From NCBI GenBank assembly GCA_963810935.1, contig CAWEPK010000012.1, positions 128,001 through 192,000 of the forward strand: a DNA stretch of 64,000 nucleotides, in the 5' to 3' direction. Of this stretch, positions 9,202 to 18,906 are shown in pieces (positions within the stretch are counted from its first letter, which is position 1; each line of letters begins with the position of its first letter). Below the pieces are notes generated by a model. The model did no database searches and had not been told where the DNA came from. It was given only the letters and a program-made list of their open reading frames with translations. Source of the stretch: an uncultured delta proteobacterium. Lineage in GTDB: Bacteria; Desulfobacterota; Syntrophorhabdia; Syntrophorhabdales; WCHB1-27. The position numbers were made by a program, and so were the translations under genes.

Positions 9202-11859
9202 TCATTCGCTCTCGCCGTCGAGCACGCGCCTGACGGTCGTCGCCAGCTCCCTCTTTGTCAGGGGCTTCATCACAAACCCCTTTATTCCGGCAGCCTTTGC
9301 TGAATCAGCATCTACAAGGTGGCTGAAACCGGTGGTCATTATGACAGGCGTCTCCGGTCTGATGTTCATTATTGCCCGCGCAAGCTCCAGACCGGTCATA
9401 TCGGGCATGGTCTGATCTGTGATCACAACATCGAACCGGGACGGATCGAGCCTGAAAAGCGCCAGAGCCTCCCGGCTGCCGGTACGGCATACTACCTCGT
9501 AACCGAGTTCGGCGAGCAGGTCTTCTCCCATCTCGATCAATGCTTCCTCGTCATCGACGAAGAGGATCCTCTCCTGCCCCGTAGGGATGGTCTGGCCGCC
9601 CACATGATCCGTCACCGGTGTTTCTTCGACTTTCGGGAAATAGGCCGTGAACGTCGATCCTTTGCCCGGTTCGCTTTCGGCCGTGATATACCCGCCCGAT
9701 TGTTTCACGATCCCCATGACGACAGATAAGCCCAGTCCTGTCCCTTCCCCCTGCTTCTTCGTAGTAAAGAAGGGGTCGAAAATCTTATCGATAACTTCCG
9801 GCGGAATGCCTGACCCCGTGTCACGGACAACGAGCTTCATATAGAACCCCGGCTCCATACCGTGATCTCCGTTAGAGCGGGGGATGCTGAAGTCGGAAAG
9901 TTCTATGTCGAGCGTCCCGCCCTTCTCCCTCATTGCGTAGGCGGCATTTGTCGCCAGGTTCATAAGGACCTGCTGAATTTGAACGGGATCGCCCATAATC
10001 ACGCCCGATTCGCTTTTCACGGAGACTTTGATGCTGACTGTAGAGGGTATCGACGCCCTCAGCAGCCTTACCGTCTCCTCGACGATGCCGGATAGCCGGA
10101 GAGGTTTCTTCTCCTGCTCGGTCTGCCGGCTGAAGGTGAGCATCTGCCTGACCAGGTCGCGTCCCCGGAGGCCCGCTTCCAGAACTCTCCTGGTGCTGCG
10201 CCTCTCCTTGCTGTTTTCCGGGAGGTGGTCCTGCAGTAATTCGGTAAAGCCGATAATGGCGGCAAGAATGTTGTTGAAATCGTGGGCAATGCCTCCTGAG
10301 AGCGTGCCGAGTGCTTCCATTTTTTGGGCCTGATGGAACTGTCTTTCCAGTCGCCTATGATCCGTGACATCAAGATTAATCTCCATAATAGCTATGGCGT
10401 TCCCGGTATTGTCACGCTGCAAAGCCTGCCGGCTTGCAACTACGATCCGGCGGCCATCCTTTGTCGTGTGCCGCAACTCTCCCTCCCAGTGCCCTCTCCT
10501 GGTCAGTACCGCCATGTGTTCTGCGAAGGAAACTGGAAACTCGGTCTTAAGAAGGCTACGCGTGACCTTGCCCACGGCCTCGGCCTTTGTCCAGCCGTAC
10601 AACTCTTCTGCTGCCCTATTCCAAAAGGTAATCCTGCTATCCATGTCGCGGACGAGAATGGTGTTATGGGCGAGTTCGAGCAAGTCGGCCTGCCGGCGGA
10701 GGGCCTCGGTCCTCTCCTGAACGCGCAGCTCCAGCTCGTCATGCGATTTGCGCAGCTCCTCTTCCATCCGTTTGTGCTCGGTGATGTCCATAATCGTGCT
10801 GCAGGCAACGTTGCCCTCACCCGCAAAGTTGATCATCTCGCTCGAAAACAATACTGTGAGGATTTTACCCGTTTTGGTCCTCATGCGGACTTCGAGGTTC
10901 GGGACCCTGCCGTTTTCCTCGAACAGGCGGACAAGTTTCGCCCGGTCGGCCTCCGGGTTAAGGTAGACGTTCAGGTCTGCTACGACCCTGCGCCCTATGG
11001 CTTCCTCCCTGCTATATTCAAAGAGCTTCAAAAAGCTGTCGTTGGCCTCGATAAGAGTCTGGTCGGAGGGTCGGGTGATTGTCATTGCGCTCGGGCTTCC
11101 ATAGAAAGCCTTCGAGAACCGCGCCTCGCTCTCCCTCACCGCTTCCTCGGCCCTCTTGCGCTCGGTTATATCGCGTATCACGCTTAGCAGGACCGGGTCG
11201 CTGCCGATGAAGACGCCTTGTGAGCTTACCTCCACGGGAAAAGTTGTCCCATCCTTCCGCAGGTGGTCTGTCTCGAACAGGATGCCCGCCGATCCGGCCT
11301 TATCCATCTGGGAGTCGGCCAGCGAACGTTCTTGACCTCGCAGGTCGTAGATGGTCAGTGAGAGAAGCTCTTCATCGCTGTACCCGTACGCTTTGGTTGC
11401 GGCTTGATTGGCTTCCAGTATGCGGCCGTCCCGGCGGCGCACGAACAAAATGATGTCACGAGAATCGCCGGCCAGAAGCTGGTAACGGCGCAACGCCTCC
11501 GCGCTCTCCTGCCTGGCCTCCAGCACTCTGACCTTTCCCAGTCTGGCGGCAATGACGGTCAGGATGAGTCCACTCAGATAGAACAGCGCCAGCGCCACAA
11601 TATCTCCCGTGGCCTCTATTTTGAATGAGTACATGGGCTGCAGGAAGAGGAAGTCGGCGGTAAGTCCGCTCAGCAGGATAGAGAGCAATGCCGGGCCTGT
11701 GCCGCAGATGAGGACAACGAGTATTACCGCCGGATAGAAGGTGACGAAGGGAACGGTGACACCAAACAGCCGCCCCAGAACGAGGCGCACGGCAGCCGCG
11801 ACTGCTACGATGATGATGGCCCTTATATAGTCTCTGACCGGTACGTCCCGTACGTTCAT
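9202..11859 (-). CDS. Hybrid sensor histidine kinase (KdpD/DUF4118-like TM region, 3 PAS, HisKA, HATPase, REC)
   Basis: GGIAHDFNNIL H-box, FDPFFTTK..GTGLGLS, C-terminal VDDE..ITDQTMP receiver. Confidence 0.93.
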   Translation of the reverse strand: MNVRDVPVRDYIRAIIIVAVAAAVRLVLGRLFGVTVPFVTFYPAVILVVLICGTGPALLSILLSGLTADFLFLQPMYSFKIEATGDIVALALFYLSGLILTVIAARLGKVRVLEARQESAEALRRYQLLAGDSRDIILFVRRRDGRILEANQAATKAYGYSDEELLSLTIYDLRGQERSLADSQMDKAGSAGILFETDHLRKDGTTFPVEVSSQGVFIGSDPVLLSVIRDITERKRAEEAVRESEARFSKAFYGSPSAMTITRPSDQTLIEANDSFLKLFEYSREEAIGRRVVADLNVYLNPEADRAKLVRLFEENGRVPNLEVRMRTKTGKILTVLFSSEMINFAGEGNVACSTIMDITEHKRMEEELRKSHDELELRVQERTEALRRQADLLELAHNTILVRDMDSRITFWNRAAEELYGWTKAEAVGKVTRSLLKTEFPVSFAEHMAVLTRRGHWEGELRHTTKDGRRIVVASRQALQRDNTGNAIAIMEINLDVTDHRRLERQFHQAQKMEALGTLSGGIAHDFNNILAAIIGFTELLQDHLPENSKERRSTRRVLEAGLRGRDLVRQMLTFSRQTEQEKKPLRLSGIVEETVRLLRASIPSTVSIKVSVKSESGVIMGDPVQIQQVLMNLATNAAYAMREKGGTLDIELSDFSIPRSNGDHGMEPGFYMKLVVRDTGSGIPPEVIDKIFDPFFTTKKQGEGTGLGLSVVMGIVKQSGGYITAESEPGKGSTFTAYFPKVEETPVTDHVGGQTIPTGQERILFVDDEEALIEMGEDLLAELGYEVVCRTGSREALALFRLDPSRFDVVITDQTMPDMTGLELARAIMNIRPETPVIMTTGFSHLVDADSAKAAGIKGFVMKPLTKRELATTVRRVLDGESE

Positions 11860-12014
11860 CTTAGTAACCGAGACAAGCAGCCATATTTTATCCTGTTTTG
11901 AGAACAGAATAAAGAGTAACGCATCTTTCCCGCGAGCGGACCGGCGGGCAGCTTTTCACCCGGCAATCGTTAATAGTTCAACCAAAAAACAACGCCGATC
12001 CACGGGCATATGCA

Positions 12015-12034
12015 TTATGTCATAAATGACATAA
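12015..12034. promoter_or_regulatory. Perfect palindromic operator TTATGTCAT-AA-ATGACATAA
   Basis: 9-bp perfect inverted repeat in the divergent intergenic region upstream of the ydhYVW-like operon. Confidence 0.6.
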
Positions 12035-12175
12035 GTACATTATTTCATTGACTGTTTTTAGCTACGCGTGTTAGGACAGAATAACACGGAGCGATGGAAC
12101 GCCGGTAGCACCGACCCCGAAGAAGATGAAATCGACTGACGATTTCTTAAATATTTGAGCAGGCAGGAGGAAAAC

Positions 12176-12913
12176 ATGCGCGATCAGGACGAAAAGCACC
12201 CGGAGCTGGAAAAACTCCTTGAAATAGCAGGCCTGGATCATTCCTGTTCCAGAAGGGGTTTCTTGAAGTGGAGCGGGGTAACGGTAGTGGGAATAACGGC
12301 TCTGTGGACATTGAAGGCAAAGGCTGTGGACGCTCCCCTCGTCATTATGGACCAGGCGAAGGGGATCGTGATCGCGGACCCTACCAGGTGCGTGGGCTGC
12401 AGACGGTGCGAGTTCGCCTGCACGGAGTTTAACGACGGCAAAGCTTCCCCGACTATCTCGAGGATCAAGGTAAGTCGAAATCTCAACTTCGGCGTGAACG
12501 GTGTTTTTTACGGCCAGCGTGCCCAGGGGACCTGGGGGGACGGGCTTGTCTTTCAAGACCTCTGCAAGCAGTGCCCGCATCCCGTTCCGTGCGCGAACGC
12601 CTGCCCGAATGACGCCATAGTAGTGAAGCCCCCCACGAATGCGAGGGTCGTTGACCCCAATAAATGCGTCGGGTGCAAGATGTGCCAGAGGGCATGTCCA
12701 TGGGAGATGATGTCTTTCGACGCCGACACCAACAAGGCGACGAAATGCTTCCTCTGCGACGGAAAGCCCAAATGTGTTGAGGCTTGTCCGGCCGAAGCCC
12801 TGATGTACGTAGCGTGGCGCGACTTAACGGATAAGATAGCGCCACGGGTGGCGCCGAGCGCTATCGTCGCTCCGGCCAAGGCAGCGGCATGCAACGAGTG
12901 CCACAAAAAGTAG
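12176..12913 (+). CDS. Tat-signal 4Fe-4S ferredoxin-type protein, YdhY-like
   Basis: SRRGFLK twin-arginine motif; CVGCRRCEFAC, CKQCPHPVPCANACP, CVGCKMCQRACP, KCFLC..CVEACP; AGGAGG RBS. Confidence 0.85.
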   Translation: MRDQDEKHPELEKLLEIAGLDHSCSRRGFLKWSGVTVVGITALWTLKAKAVDAPLVIMDQAKGIVIADPTRCVGCRRCEFACTEFNDGKASPTISRIKVSRNLNFGVNGVFYGQRAQGTWGDGLVFQDLCKQCPHPVPCANACPNDAIVVKPPTNARVVDPNKCVGCKMCQRACPWEMMSFDADTNKATKCFLCDGKPKCVEACPAEALMYVAWRDLTDKIAPRVAPSAIVAPAKAAACNECHKK

Positions 12914-12928
12914 AGGAGGAAGGTTACC

Positions 12929-15034
12929 ATGGTGAAGCAAGGAGGATGGGCGGGTAAGGTCCTTCGGGTCGACCTGTCAACGAGCCGGATCTCGAAAGAA
13001 GATACGATAGAGAAATACAAGGATTACCTGGGAGGCACAGGCATCGGCTACAAAGTGATCTGGGACGAGGTCCCGGCCGGGACGAAGCCTTTCGAGCCGG
13101 CGAACAAGATCATATTCGCAGTCGGTCCCCTTGCAGGGACCGGCGCCCCCTGCAACGGGCGCACGGCTATTACGACCCTCTGGCCGACGTGCTGGCCAAA
13201 GCCGTTGGTGGCGAGCGGACATATGGGAGGCCATTTCGCGGCGTCCCTGAAGTTTGCAGGGTATGATGCGATCGTCATCGAAGGGAAGGCTGACCGTCCC
13301 GTGTGGCTTTTCATTGCAGACGGGAAGGCGGAGGTCAAGGACGCCCGCCACATGTGGGGCCAGGGGATACGCCGCACGACCCTCGAGATCAGCCAGCAAA
13401 TGGGACCCGAGGCCTCGGTGGCAGCGATCGGCCAGGCGGGTGAGAACCTGGTCCCCATGGCTGTTGTCATGAACGGATATTCCCACTCGGCCGGCGGGGT
13501 CGGAGGCGTCCTTGGCTCGAAGAACCTGAAGGCTATCGGCGTCGTTGGGACAGGCAGCGTTCGGATCGCGGGAAGCAAGGACGAATGGGAGAAGGCCGTA
13601 AAATACCACCTGTCCCTTTTGGGCGCCAATAACCAGCACGTAGTCCCCAACAGCCCTCAGCCCTGGGCAGAGTATCACGCCCCGGGGACCAGGTGGCTCG
13701 CATCGAAGGGCCGGAAATGGGGAGCGGCTGAGCCGGCGATAGATACGGGCACGTGCGAGCCGCACAACCTCAACCGCATCGCCTACCGGACCAACAACAT
13801 GGCGTTCTACCTGGGCGAAAAGGGATGGAAGTACACGGTGAGGGGGAACGGGTGCACCGGTTGCCCAATCCGCTGCCATACGATGATGAAAGTTCCTTCG
13901 GTCGCGGCTAAGTACGGGATACCCGACAGGGGGCAAAATACCTGTGCGGGATTGATGATGGGCCCATGGTTCTACAAGAGCTTCCCGGACGGGCCGCAGG
14001 GAGAGACGGCGATAGAGGCCGCGATGGTTGGGATGCACCTGGCCGATGACCTCGGCATCTGGTGCAACTACTCGCAGATGCAGCGGGATTTCATCAAGAT
14101 GCATTACGAGGGGATCATAAAAGGGAAGATCGGAGAGGCCGAATACAAGAGCTTCTCCTGGGACAAGTACGAAAAGGGCGACCCCGGCTTCCTCTTCGAG
14201 ATAATGCCGAAGATCGCATACAAACAGGGAGAGCTGGGCACGGCCATAGGTCTCGGCACCGGATACATGCTGGAGCGCTGGGGGCTTTCGGAGGCTGAGT
14301 GGAAGAAGGACCACGAGCTTGTCTACTGGAAGATGGGCCATCCCAAGCACCACGCGAACGAAGACGCCGGGCAGTCGGGGGTCATTATCAATACGATCTA
14401 TAACCGGGACACCCAGTGCCATTCCCAGGTAAACCTCACGCGGAACGGGCTGCCCCTCGAGGTCCAGAAGCGCCTGGGCGCGGAGCTGTGGGGTTCCCCC
14501 GACGCCATCGACGCGGTAGGGGCATACACGCCGATGAACGTCTACAAAGCGAGGTTCGCCAAATGGTCCCTCGTCAGGAAGGAGTTGCACGATTCTCTAT
14601 CCGTGTGCAACTGGATGGGGCCGTGGGCTGCCTCGCCGCTGAAAGAGAGGGGCTACCGGGGTGACGACTCCATCGAATCGGTCCTTTACAGCATCGCGAC
14701 GGGCGACAAAAAGAGCCGCGAGGAACTGGACAAAGTGGGAGAGCGCATCTTTCAGCTCCACCGGGCGCTGACGATCCGTGACATGGGGACCAAAGAGATG
14801 CGCACAAGGCACGACACCGTTCCCGATTGGGTCTTTACGGACAAATCGGGCAAGGCGCCCTTCACTAAGGGGACGATCCGCATGGACCCCGCGGACATCG
14901 AGAAGGGCAAGGGCATGTTCTATAAAGAGTGCGGGTGGGATGAGCAGACGGGAGCGCCCCGCGCCGAAACTTACCGGAAGCTGGGGCTCGACTACGCGGC
15001 CGCGGAGCTGGGCAAGAAAGGGCTCCTGCCGTAG
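12929..15034 (+). CDS. Aldehyde:ferredoxin oxidoreductase family molybdo/tungstoenzyme, YdhV-like
   Basis: GWAGKVLRVDLS, YLGGTGIG, LKFAGYDAIVIEGKA, IGQAGEN, LGSKNLKAI, CTGCPIRC, DDLG, GWDEQTGAP. Confidence 0.92.
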   Translation: MVKQGGWAGKVLRVDLSTSRISKEDTIEKYKDYLGGTGIGYKVIWDEVPAGTKPFEPANKIIFAVGPLAGTGAPCNGRTAITTLWPTCWPKPLVASGHMGGHFAASLKFAGYDAIVIEGKADRPVWLFIADGKAEVKDARHMWGQGIRRTTLEISQQMGPEASVAAIGQAGENLVPMAVVMNGYSHSAGGVGGVLGSKNLKAIGVVGTGSVRIAGSKDEWEKAVKYHLSLLGANNQHVVPNSPQPWAEYHAPGTRWLASKGRKWGAAEPAIDTGTCEPHNLNRIAYRTNNMAFYLGEKGWKYTVRGNGCTGCPIRCHTMMKVPSVAAKYGIPDRGQNTCAGLMMGPWFYKSFPDGPQGETAIEAAMVGMHLADDLGIWCNYSQMQRDFIKMHYEGIIKGKIGEAEYKSFSWDKYEKGDPGFLFEIMPKIAYKQGELGTAIGLGTGYMLERWGLSEAEWKKDHELVYWKMGHPKHHANEDAGQSGVIINTIYNRDTQCHSQVNLTRNGLPLEVQKRLGAELWGSPDAIDAVGAYTPMNVYKARFAKWSLVRKELHDSLSVCNWMGPWAASPLKERGYRGDDSIESVLYSIATGDKKSREELDKVGERIFQLHRALTIRDMGTKEMRTRHDTVPDWVFTDKSGKAPFTKGTIRMDPADIEKGKGMFYKECGWDEQTGAPRAETYRKLGLDYAAAELGKKGLLP

Positions 15035-15073
15035 GTGTGTGAAGGCGCCGGGCCCTAAGGGAAGGAAGCAATA

Positions 15074-15661
15074 GTGGACAGGCAGGACGGACAGACCAAG
15101 GAAGAAACCGAGGCAGCGGCCAGAGAGGCCGTAATCAAGTTTGTTGAAAGGAGCAGCGCCGCCGGCCGGTTCGTTACGGCGGAAGACATCCGCAACGAGC
15201 TTGCCGCGACTATCGGGCCGTTAGAACGTCTCGACCTTGACGCATTCGGGCAATTTTTGAAAGAACCGGTCGTGCGGAATGAGGAACTGAAGGAGGTCGC
15301 CGGTGGGGACGGCGTCGCCCGCTACTATTCCGGCCGGGCCATGACTGACGCGTACGCCGGGCTCCTTATCCGTAAAGGCCAGGACCCGCTGCTTCTCGTA
15401 ACGGACATAGTCCGCGAGAATTCCAGGCTCTATCCGCGCCCGGTCCCTCTTGGCATGTTCGGTGATACCCCGTTCGACCTGACGCCCGAGGAGGTTTCAT
15501 CATGCCTCGGAAGGATGGCCGGCCGGGAGGAATACGGCGATATCCGCCGGACAACGACGTCGATCGGCACCGTCTTCCTTTATTCCACCCTTCACCTGGA
15601 GCCGGATTACGCGAGCTTCCTCGCCGAATGGATCGACGTCGGCCAATTGAACAGTCCATGA
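15074..15661 (+). CDS. YdhW-like oxidoreductase-system accessory protein
   Basis: Position after YdhV-like gene; VRENSRLYPRP..PF..FLYS..YASFLAEW pattern resembles YdhW. Confidence 0.65.
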   Translation: MDRQDGQTKEETEAAAREAVIKFVERSSAAGRFVTAEDIRNELAATIGPLERLDLDAFGQFLKEPVVRNEELKEVAGGDGVARYYSGRAMTDAYAGLLIRKGQDPLLLVTDIVRENSRLYPRPVPLGMFGDTPFDLTPEEVSSCLGRMAGREEYGDIRRTTTSIGTVFLYSTLHLEPDYASFLAEWIDVGQLNSP

Positions 15662-15779
15662 AGAAAAACAGCGACTGAAAGCCGGACGCGGCAGCTCCCA
15701 ACGGCCACTTCCTTAACGGGTGAGGGGATAGGAAAGGTCTGATCGGCCGGAGAGATTTTCGTCGGGGCACCCGCGAGTA

Positions 15780-15895
15780 GACCGCCTAGGCGGTCGCAAA
15801 GTGGGTCGTTCGCGTTGTTTTTCGACCAAGCGAGCCGCAGCGTACGTTTTATGTACGTGAGGACTCGCGCCCGAGGAAAACGGCGCGAAGGGCGC
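15780..15895. repeat. Palindrome-rich non-coding element (16-bp perfect palindrome plus long imperfect hairpin with CGTAC-N7-GTACG centre)
   Basis: GACCGCCTAGGCGGTC at 15780-15795; TTCGCGTTGTTTT pairs with AAAACGGCGCGAA, GCGAG with CTCGC. Confidence 0.5.
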
Positions 15896-15917
15896 GGAAA
15901 GATCCCGGCCCTAGCTA

Positions 15918-15968
15918 AGTACTATATGGGACATAGGTCGAGCTACGACCTATGTCCCATATAGTACT
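15918..15968. terminator. 23-bp perfect stem, 5-nt loop between convergent operons (terminator or REP-like)
   Basis: AGTACTATATGGGACATAGGTCG-AGCTA-CGACCTATGTCCCATATAGTACT. Confidence 0.55.
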
Positions 15969-17164
15969 CCCCAGTCGGTTAGTATATATACGCCGCCTAT
16001 AATCGGGTCCGTCTCATTCCTCTCCGCCAGCACCGCCAGCGTCTTGTCCTGTAGGCGCACGCCTTTCGGCAGCAGCTTCACGCCGCTTGCGGCGTAAATG
16101 TCCTCAGCGACCACCATGCCTGACTTCAGCTCGTCCACGCGCAGCCTCAGCTTGTTCGTATCGGCGACCGTCCTGTGGCTGAGCAGGTACTCTATCAGCA
16201 GATTGGCTATGCGCTCGTTAAGAATGGAATGCATTGCGGAACGCACCCGCCCCACGACCTCCTCCGTCGAGAGCCCCTCCATCTTCAGCTCTTCCTGGTA
16301 AACGATGGTCCGCAGGATCCTGGCGCTGACCGGTATCTCGTCCCCGACAAGCTCGTCCGGGAAACCGGAGCCGTCCTCGTTCTCAAGCTGGTGGTAGACC
16401 GCCTCCGCCGAGGCCCTGGCCCCCGAGATGGTCGATACGATTATCGAGCCTATAACAGGATACTGGCGGTAGGCCGGCTTCAGCGATACGGACAGGCCTA
16501 GGTAGCCCTTGCCCAGAAGCGAATCAGGCAGCCCGATCTTGCCTATCTCGTGCATGAGAGCGGCAAAAAGAAGGTGGCGGCGTTTTTCGTCAGGGTAATC
16601 GAGCCTGCCCGCTATGAACTTGGCTATCTCTTTGGCGTCGCGCGCGCGGTCGCTCGCTCCGGGGATGCGCACGTCCAGCACACTGTGCAGCAGGCCGATC
16701 ATCTCCTTGAAATTCTTCTTGAGCAGGTCGCTCGTATCGGAGAGGCGCTCCTCTTCAGCCGCAAGCTCGTCTTCCAGCCGCCTCGTGCCTATCATCGACC
16801 GCACCCTCGTCAGGAGCGCTGCGGGGCAGAGCGACTTTTCAATGCAGTCATCGGCCGTCTTCCCAAGCAGGGGGACTACAAGCGGCACCTCTACCGTCTC
16901 GCAGACGACCAGGGAGGGTACAGGGACAGGCGGGCCGTCCCCGCAAATAAGCACGGGGTGTGACTCGATGCCGGCGGCCGCCCGGAGGTCGAGGATGAGC
17001 AGCTCGGGGGGCTGTTGGCCGGCGCTGCGCCACGCCTCTTCGAAGCTCCGCGCGGGCCTGATGTCGAGCATCGGGTCCTGACGGAGGATCCCGGCGATCA
17101 TGACGAGCGTCTGCGGGTCTTCACTCACCGCGAGCACCGGCGCTTTGATTGTGCACCGCATCAT
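15950..17164 (-). CDS. Receiver domain + degenerate HD-GYP-like protein
   Basis: N-terminal REC (PELLILDL); HEIGKIG and HQLENEDGSGFP replace HDxGK and HHERxDGxGYP; 2 nt after motB stop. Confidence 0.8.
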   Translation of the reverse strand: MMRCTIKAPVLAVSEDPQTLVMIAGILRQDPMLDIRPARSFEEAWRSAGQQPPELLILDLRAAAGIESHPVLICGDGPPVPVPSLVVCETVEVPLVVPLLGKTADDCIEKSLCPAALLTRVRSMIGTRRLEDELAAEEERLSDTSDLLKKNFKEMIGLLHSVLDVRIPGASDRARDAKEIAKFIAGRLDYPDEKRRHLLFAALMHEIGKIGLPDSLLGKGYLGLSVSLKPAYRQYPVIGSIIVSTISGARASAEAVYHQLENEDGSGFPDELVGDEIPVSARILRTIVYQEELKMEGLSTEEVVGRVRSAMHSILNERIANLLIEYLLSHRTVADTNKLRLRVDELKSGMVVAEDIYAASGVKLLPKGVRLQDKTLAVLAERNETDPIIGGVYILTDWGVLYGT

Positions 17165-17165
17165 G

Positions 17166-17993
17166 TCACTGCTTCCCCATAGGTGGTAATGGCGGGCCCG
17201 CCAGGGCGCGCTCGGTCCGCACCGCCTGTGTCACGGACCGGCTCGGCATAAGGATGCTGACCCTCCTGTTCCGGAAATCGTACGGGCTGTCAGGTATTTT
17301 CAAGTTCCTGTCCGCAAACCCGCGCACGGCACGCACCTGGTCCTTGCGGACCCCGCTGTCTTCGAGCACCTTGCGGGCAGCGTTGGCCCTGTCCGCGCTC
17401 AGGTCCCAGTTCGTATAGTCTCTGGATGCGTATGGCCTGGCGTCCGTGTATCCTTCGAGGATCATGTCGTTTCCGAGGCCGGCGAGGCGCGGCGCGATCA
17501 GCTTGATCAGCTTGACGGCTTCCGGCTTGAGGTGCGCCTTGCCTATGTCGAAAAAGAGCCCTTCGGACGCCTCGACGAGGTCGATCCTCAAACCCTCCTG
17601 CGTCACTGTCACCTGTATCTTGTCCTTGAACTTGCTGAAATCGGGGGTGGCCGCTATCGCCTTCTTGAGGTTCTCCGCCTCTGCCTTGAGCCTTGCCATC
17701 TCCCCTGCTTCTTTGTCGGGCGCCACGGGCGCGTTAACCGCCTTCGACGTCGCCGGGCCCGACATGATCCCTTTCTTTGCGGCCATGAAAAGACCCGGGT
17801 CCTTGAAATATGCTGCGATGGCGTCCTTCACGTCTTTGCTCTGCCCGACTATCCAGAGCACGATGAACAGGGCCATCATCGCGGTCACGAAATCTGCGTA
17901 GGCCACTTTCCAGGCCCCGCCGTGGCTCCCTCCGTGGTCCCTCTTCTTCTTTATTATCGTCCTTACGGGGACGTTGCGTTCCTCTTCGATCAT
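17166..17993 (-). CDS. motB: Flagellar motor stator protein MotB
   Basis: HGGAWKVAYADFVTAMMALFIVLW with conserved Asp; OmpA-like EGYTD..NWDLSADRA..NRRVSI; ATGA overlap with motA. Confidence 0.93.
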   Translation of the reverse strand: MIEEERNVPVRTIIKKKRDHGGSHGGAWKVAYADFVTAMMALFIVLWIVGQSKDVKDAIAAYFKDPGLFMAAKKGIMSGPATSKAVNAPVAPDKEAGEMARLKAEAENLKKAIAATPDFSKFKDKIQVTVTQEGLRIDLVEASEGLFFDIGKAHLKPEAVKLIKLIAPRLAGLGNDMILEGYTDARPYASRDYTNWDLSADRANAARKVLEDSGVRKDQVRAVRGFADRNLKIPDSPYDFRNRRVSILMPSRSVTQAVRTERALAGPPLPPMGKQ

Positions 17994-18844
17994 TTCTTGC
18001 CCTTCACGTGGTCTTCCATCTCCTGGAATGAAGGTCTGCAATCGTCAGGGATCGTCCGCCGCGAGAACTCGACGCAGACGATCGGGTTGAAGCCTTTCGC
18101 AAAGGCGACCATCGCGGCCTTGATCGCCTCGTATATCTTCGATTCCTCGTCGTTCGATATATCGAAGTTCGTCGCCAGAGGCTGGATGAAGCCGTAGGAA
18201 AGAAAGATGCCCAGGAAGGTGCCGACGAGGGCCGCGGCTACCTTGTGGCCCACCTCTTCGGCCGCCCCGCCGATAGCCTGCATGGTTATAATGATGCCGA
18301 GCACGGCGGCGACGATGCCGAGGCCTGGCATCGAGTCGCCGATCTTCTGAAGTATCATGCCGGGTCTTGTGCCTTCATGGTGCTGCGTCTCTATGTCGAG
18401 GTCCATCAACGACTCCATGTCGTGCGGCGGCACGCCGCCCAGAATGACGAGGCGGAAGGTGTCGCACATGAAGGTGAGGAGCTTGTGATCTCCCAGGAAC
18501 CGGGGATACTGCTTGAAGATGGAGCTTTCTCCAGGCGCCTCTATGTGGCTTTCCAGCGCGATCAGACCCTCTTTACGGCTGATCTGGAAGACCTCGTACA
18601 GGAGCCTCAAGAGGTCGAGGTAGACCTTCCCTCCGTCCTCACTGCCTTTTAAGGTGCCCATCGCCTTGGCGACGATCTTCTTGAGCGTCTTCACCGGCGT
18701 GGAGATAAGGAGGGCCCCGAAGGCGGAGCCGATAATGATGATGAATTCGGCAACCTGCATGAGGACCATGAACGGTCCGCCTTCCATGGCGAAACCGCCC
18801 AGGACCGCGCCTATGACGACGATACTGCCAATTAATACCAGCAC
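17990..18844 (-). CDS. motA: Flagellar motor stator protein MotA
   Basis: GGFAMEGG..EFIII, RKEGLIALE, PGLGIVAAVLGII, ALVGTFLGI..YG; normal 284-aa length. Confidence 0.93.
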   Translation of the reverse strand: MLVLIGSIVVIGAVLGGFAMEGGPFMVLMQVAEFIIIIGSAFGALLISTPVKTLKKIVAKAMGTLKGSEDGGKVYLDLLRLLYEVFQISRKEGLIALESHIEAPGESSIFKQYPRFLGDHKLLTFMCDTFRLVILGGVPPHDMESLMDLDIETQHHEGTRPGMILQKIGDSMPGLGIVAAVLGIIITMQAIGGAAEEVGHKVAAALVGTFLGIFLSYGFIQPLATNFDISNDEESKIYEAIKAAMVAFAKGFNPIVCVEFSRRTIPDDCRPSFQEMEDHVKGKK

Positions 18845-18906
18845 TTTTTGGTCCTTTTTCCGGACGCGATACGGACCGGTACGCCCGGTCCCTTATATAT
18901 CATCGA

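Noticed and set aside
11860..12175. Moco/Wco riboswitch upstream of the oxidoreductase operon
   Set aside because: No recognisable conserved riboswitch motifs by eye; an Rfam scan would be needed
12977..14590. Long antisense ORFs (also 33081-34718, 20317-21297, 22735-23781 and others)
   Set aside because: Shadow frames of GC-rich, codon-biased genes on the opposite strand; no recognisable motifs
15950..18844. Zorya-like (ZorAB) defence system
   Set aside because: MotA is normal length with no long cytoplasmic tail, MotB has the canonical flagellar motif, a sigma28 promoter precedes them, and there are no helicase/nuclease partners
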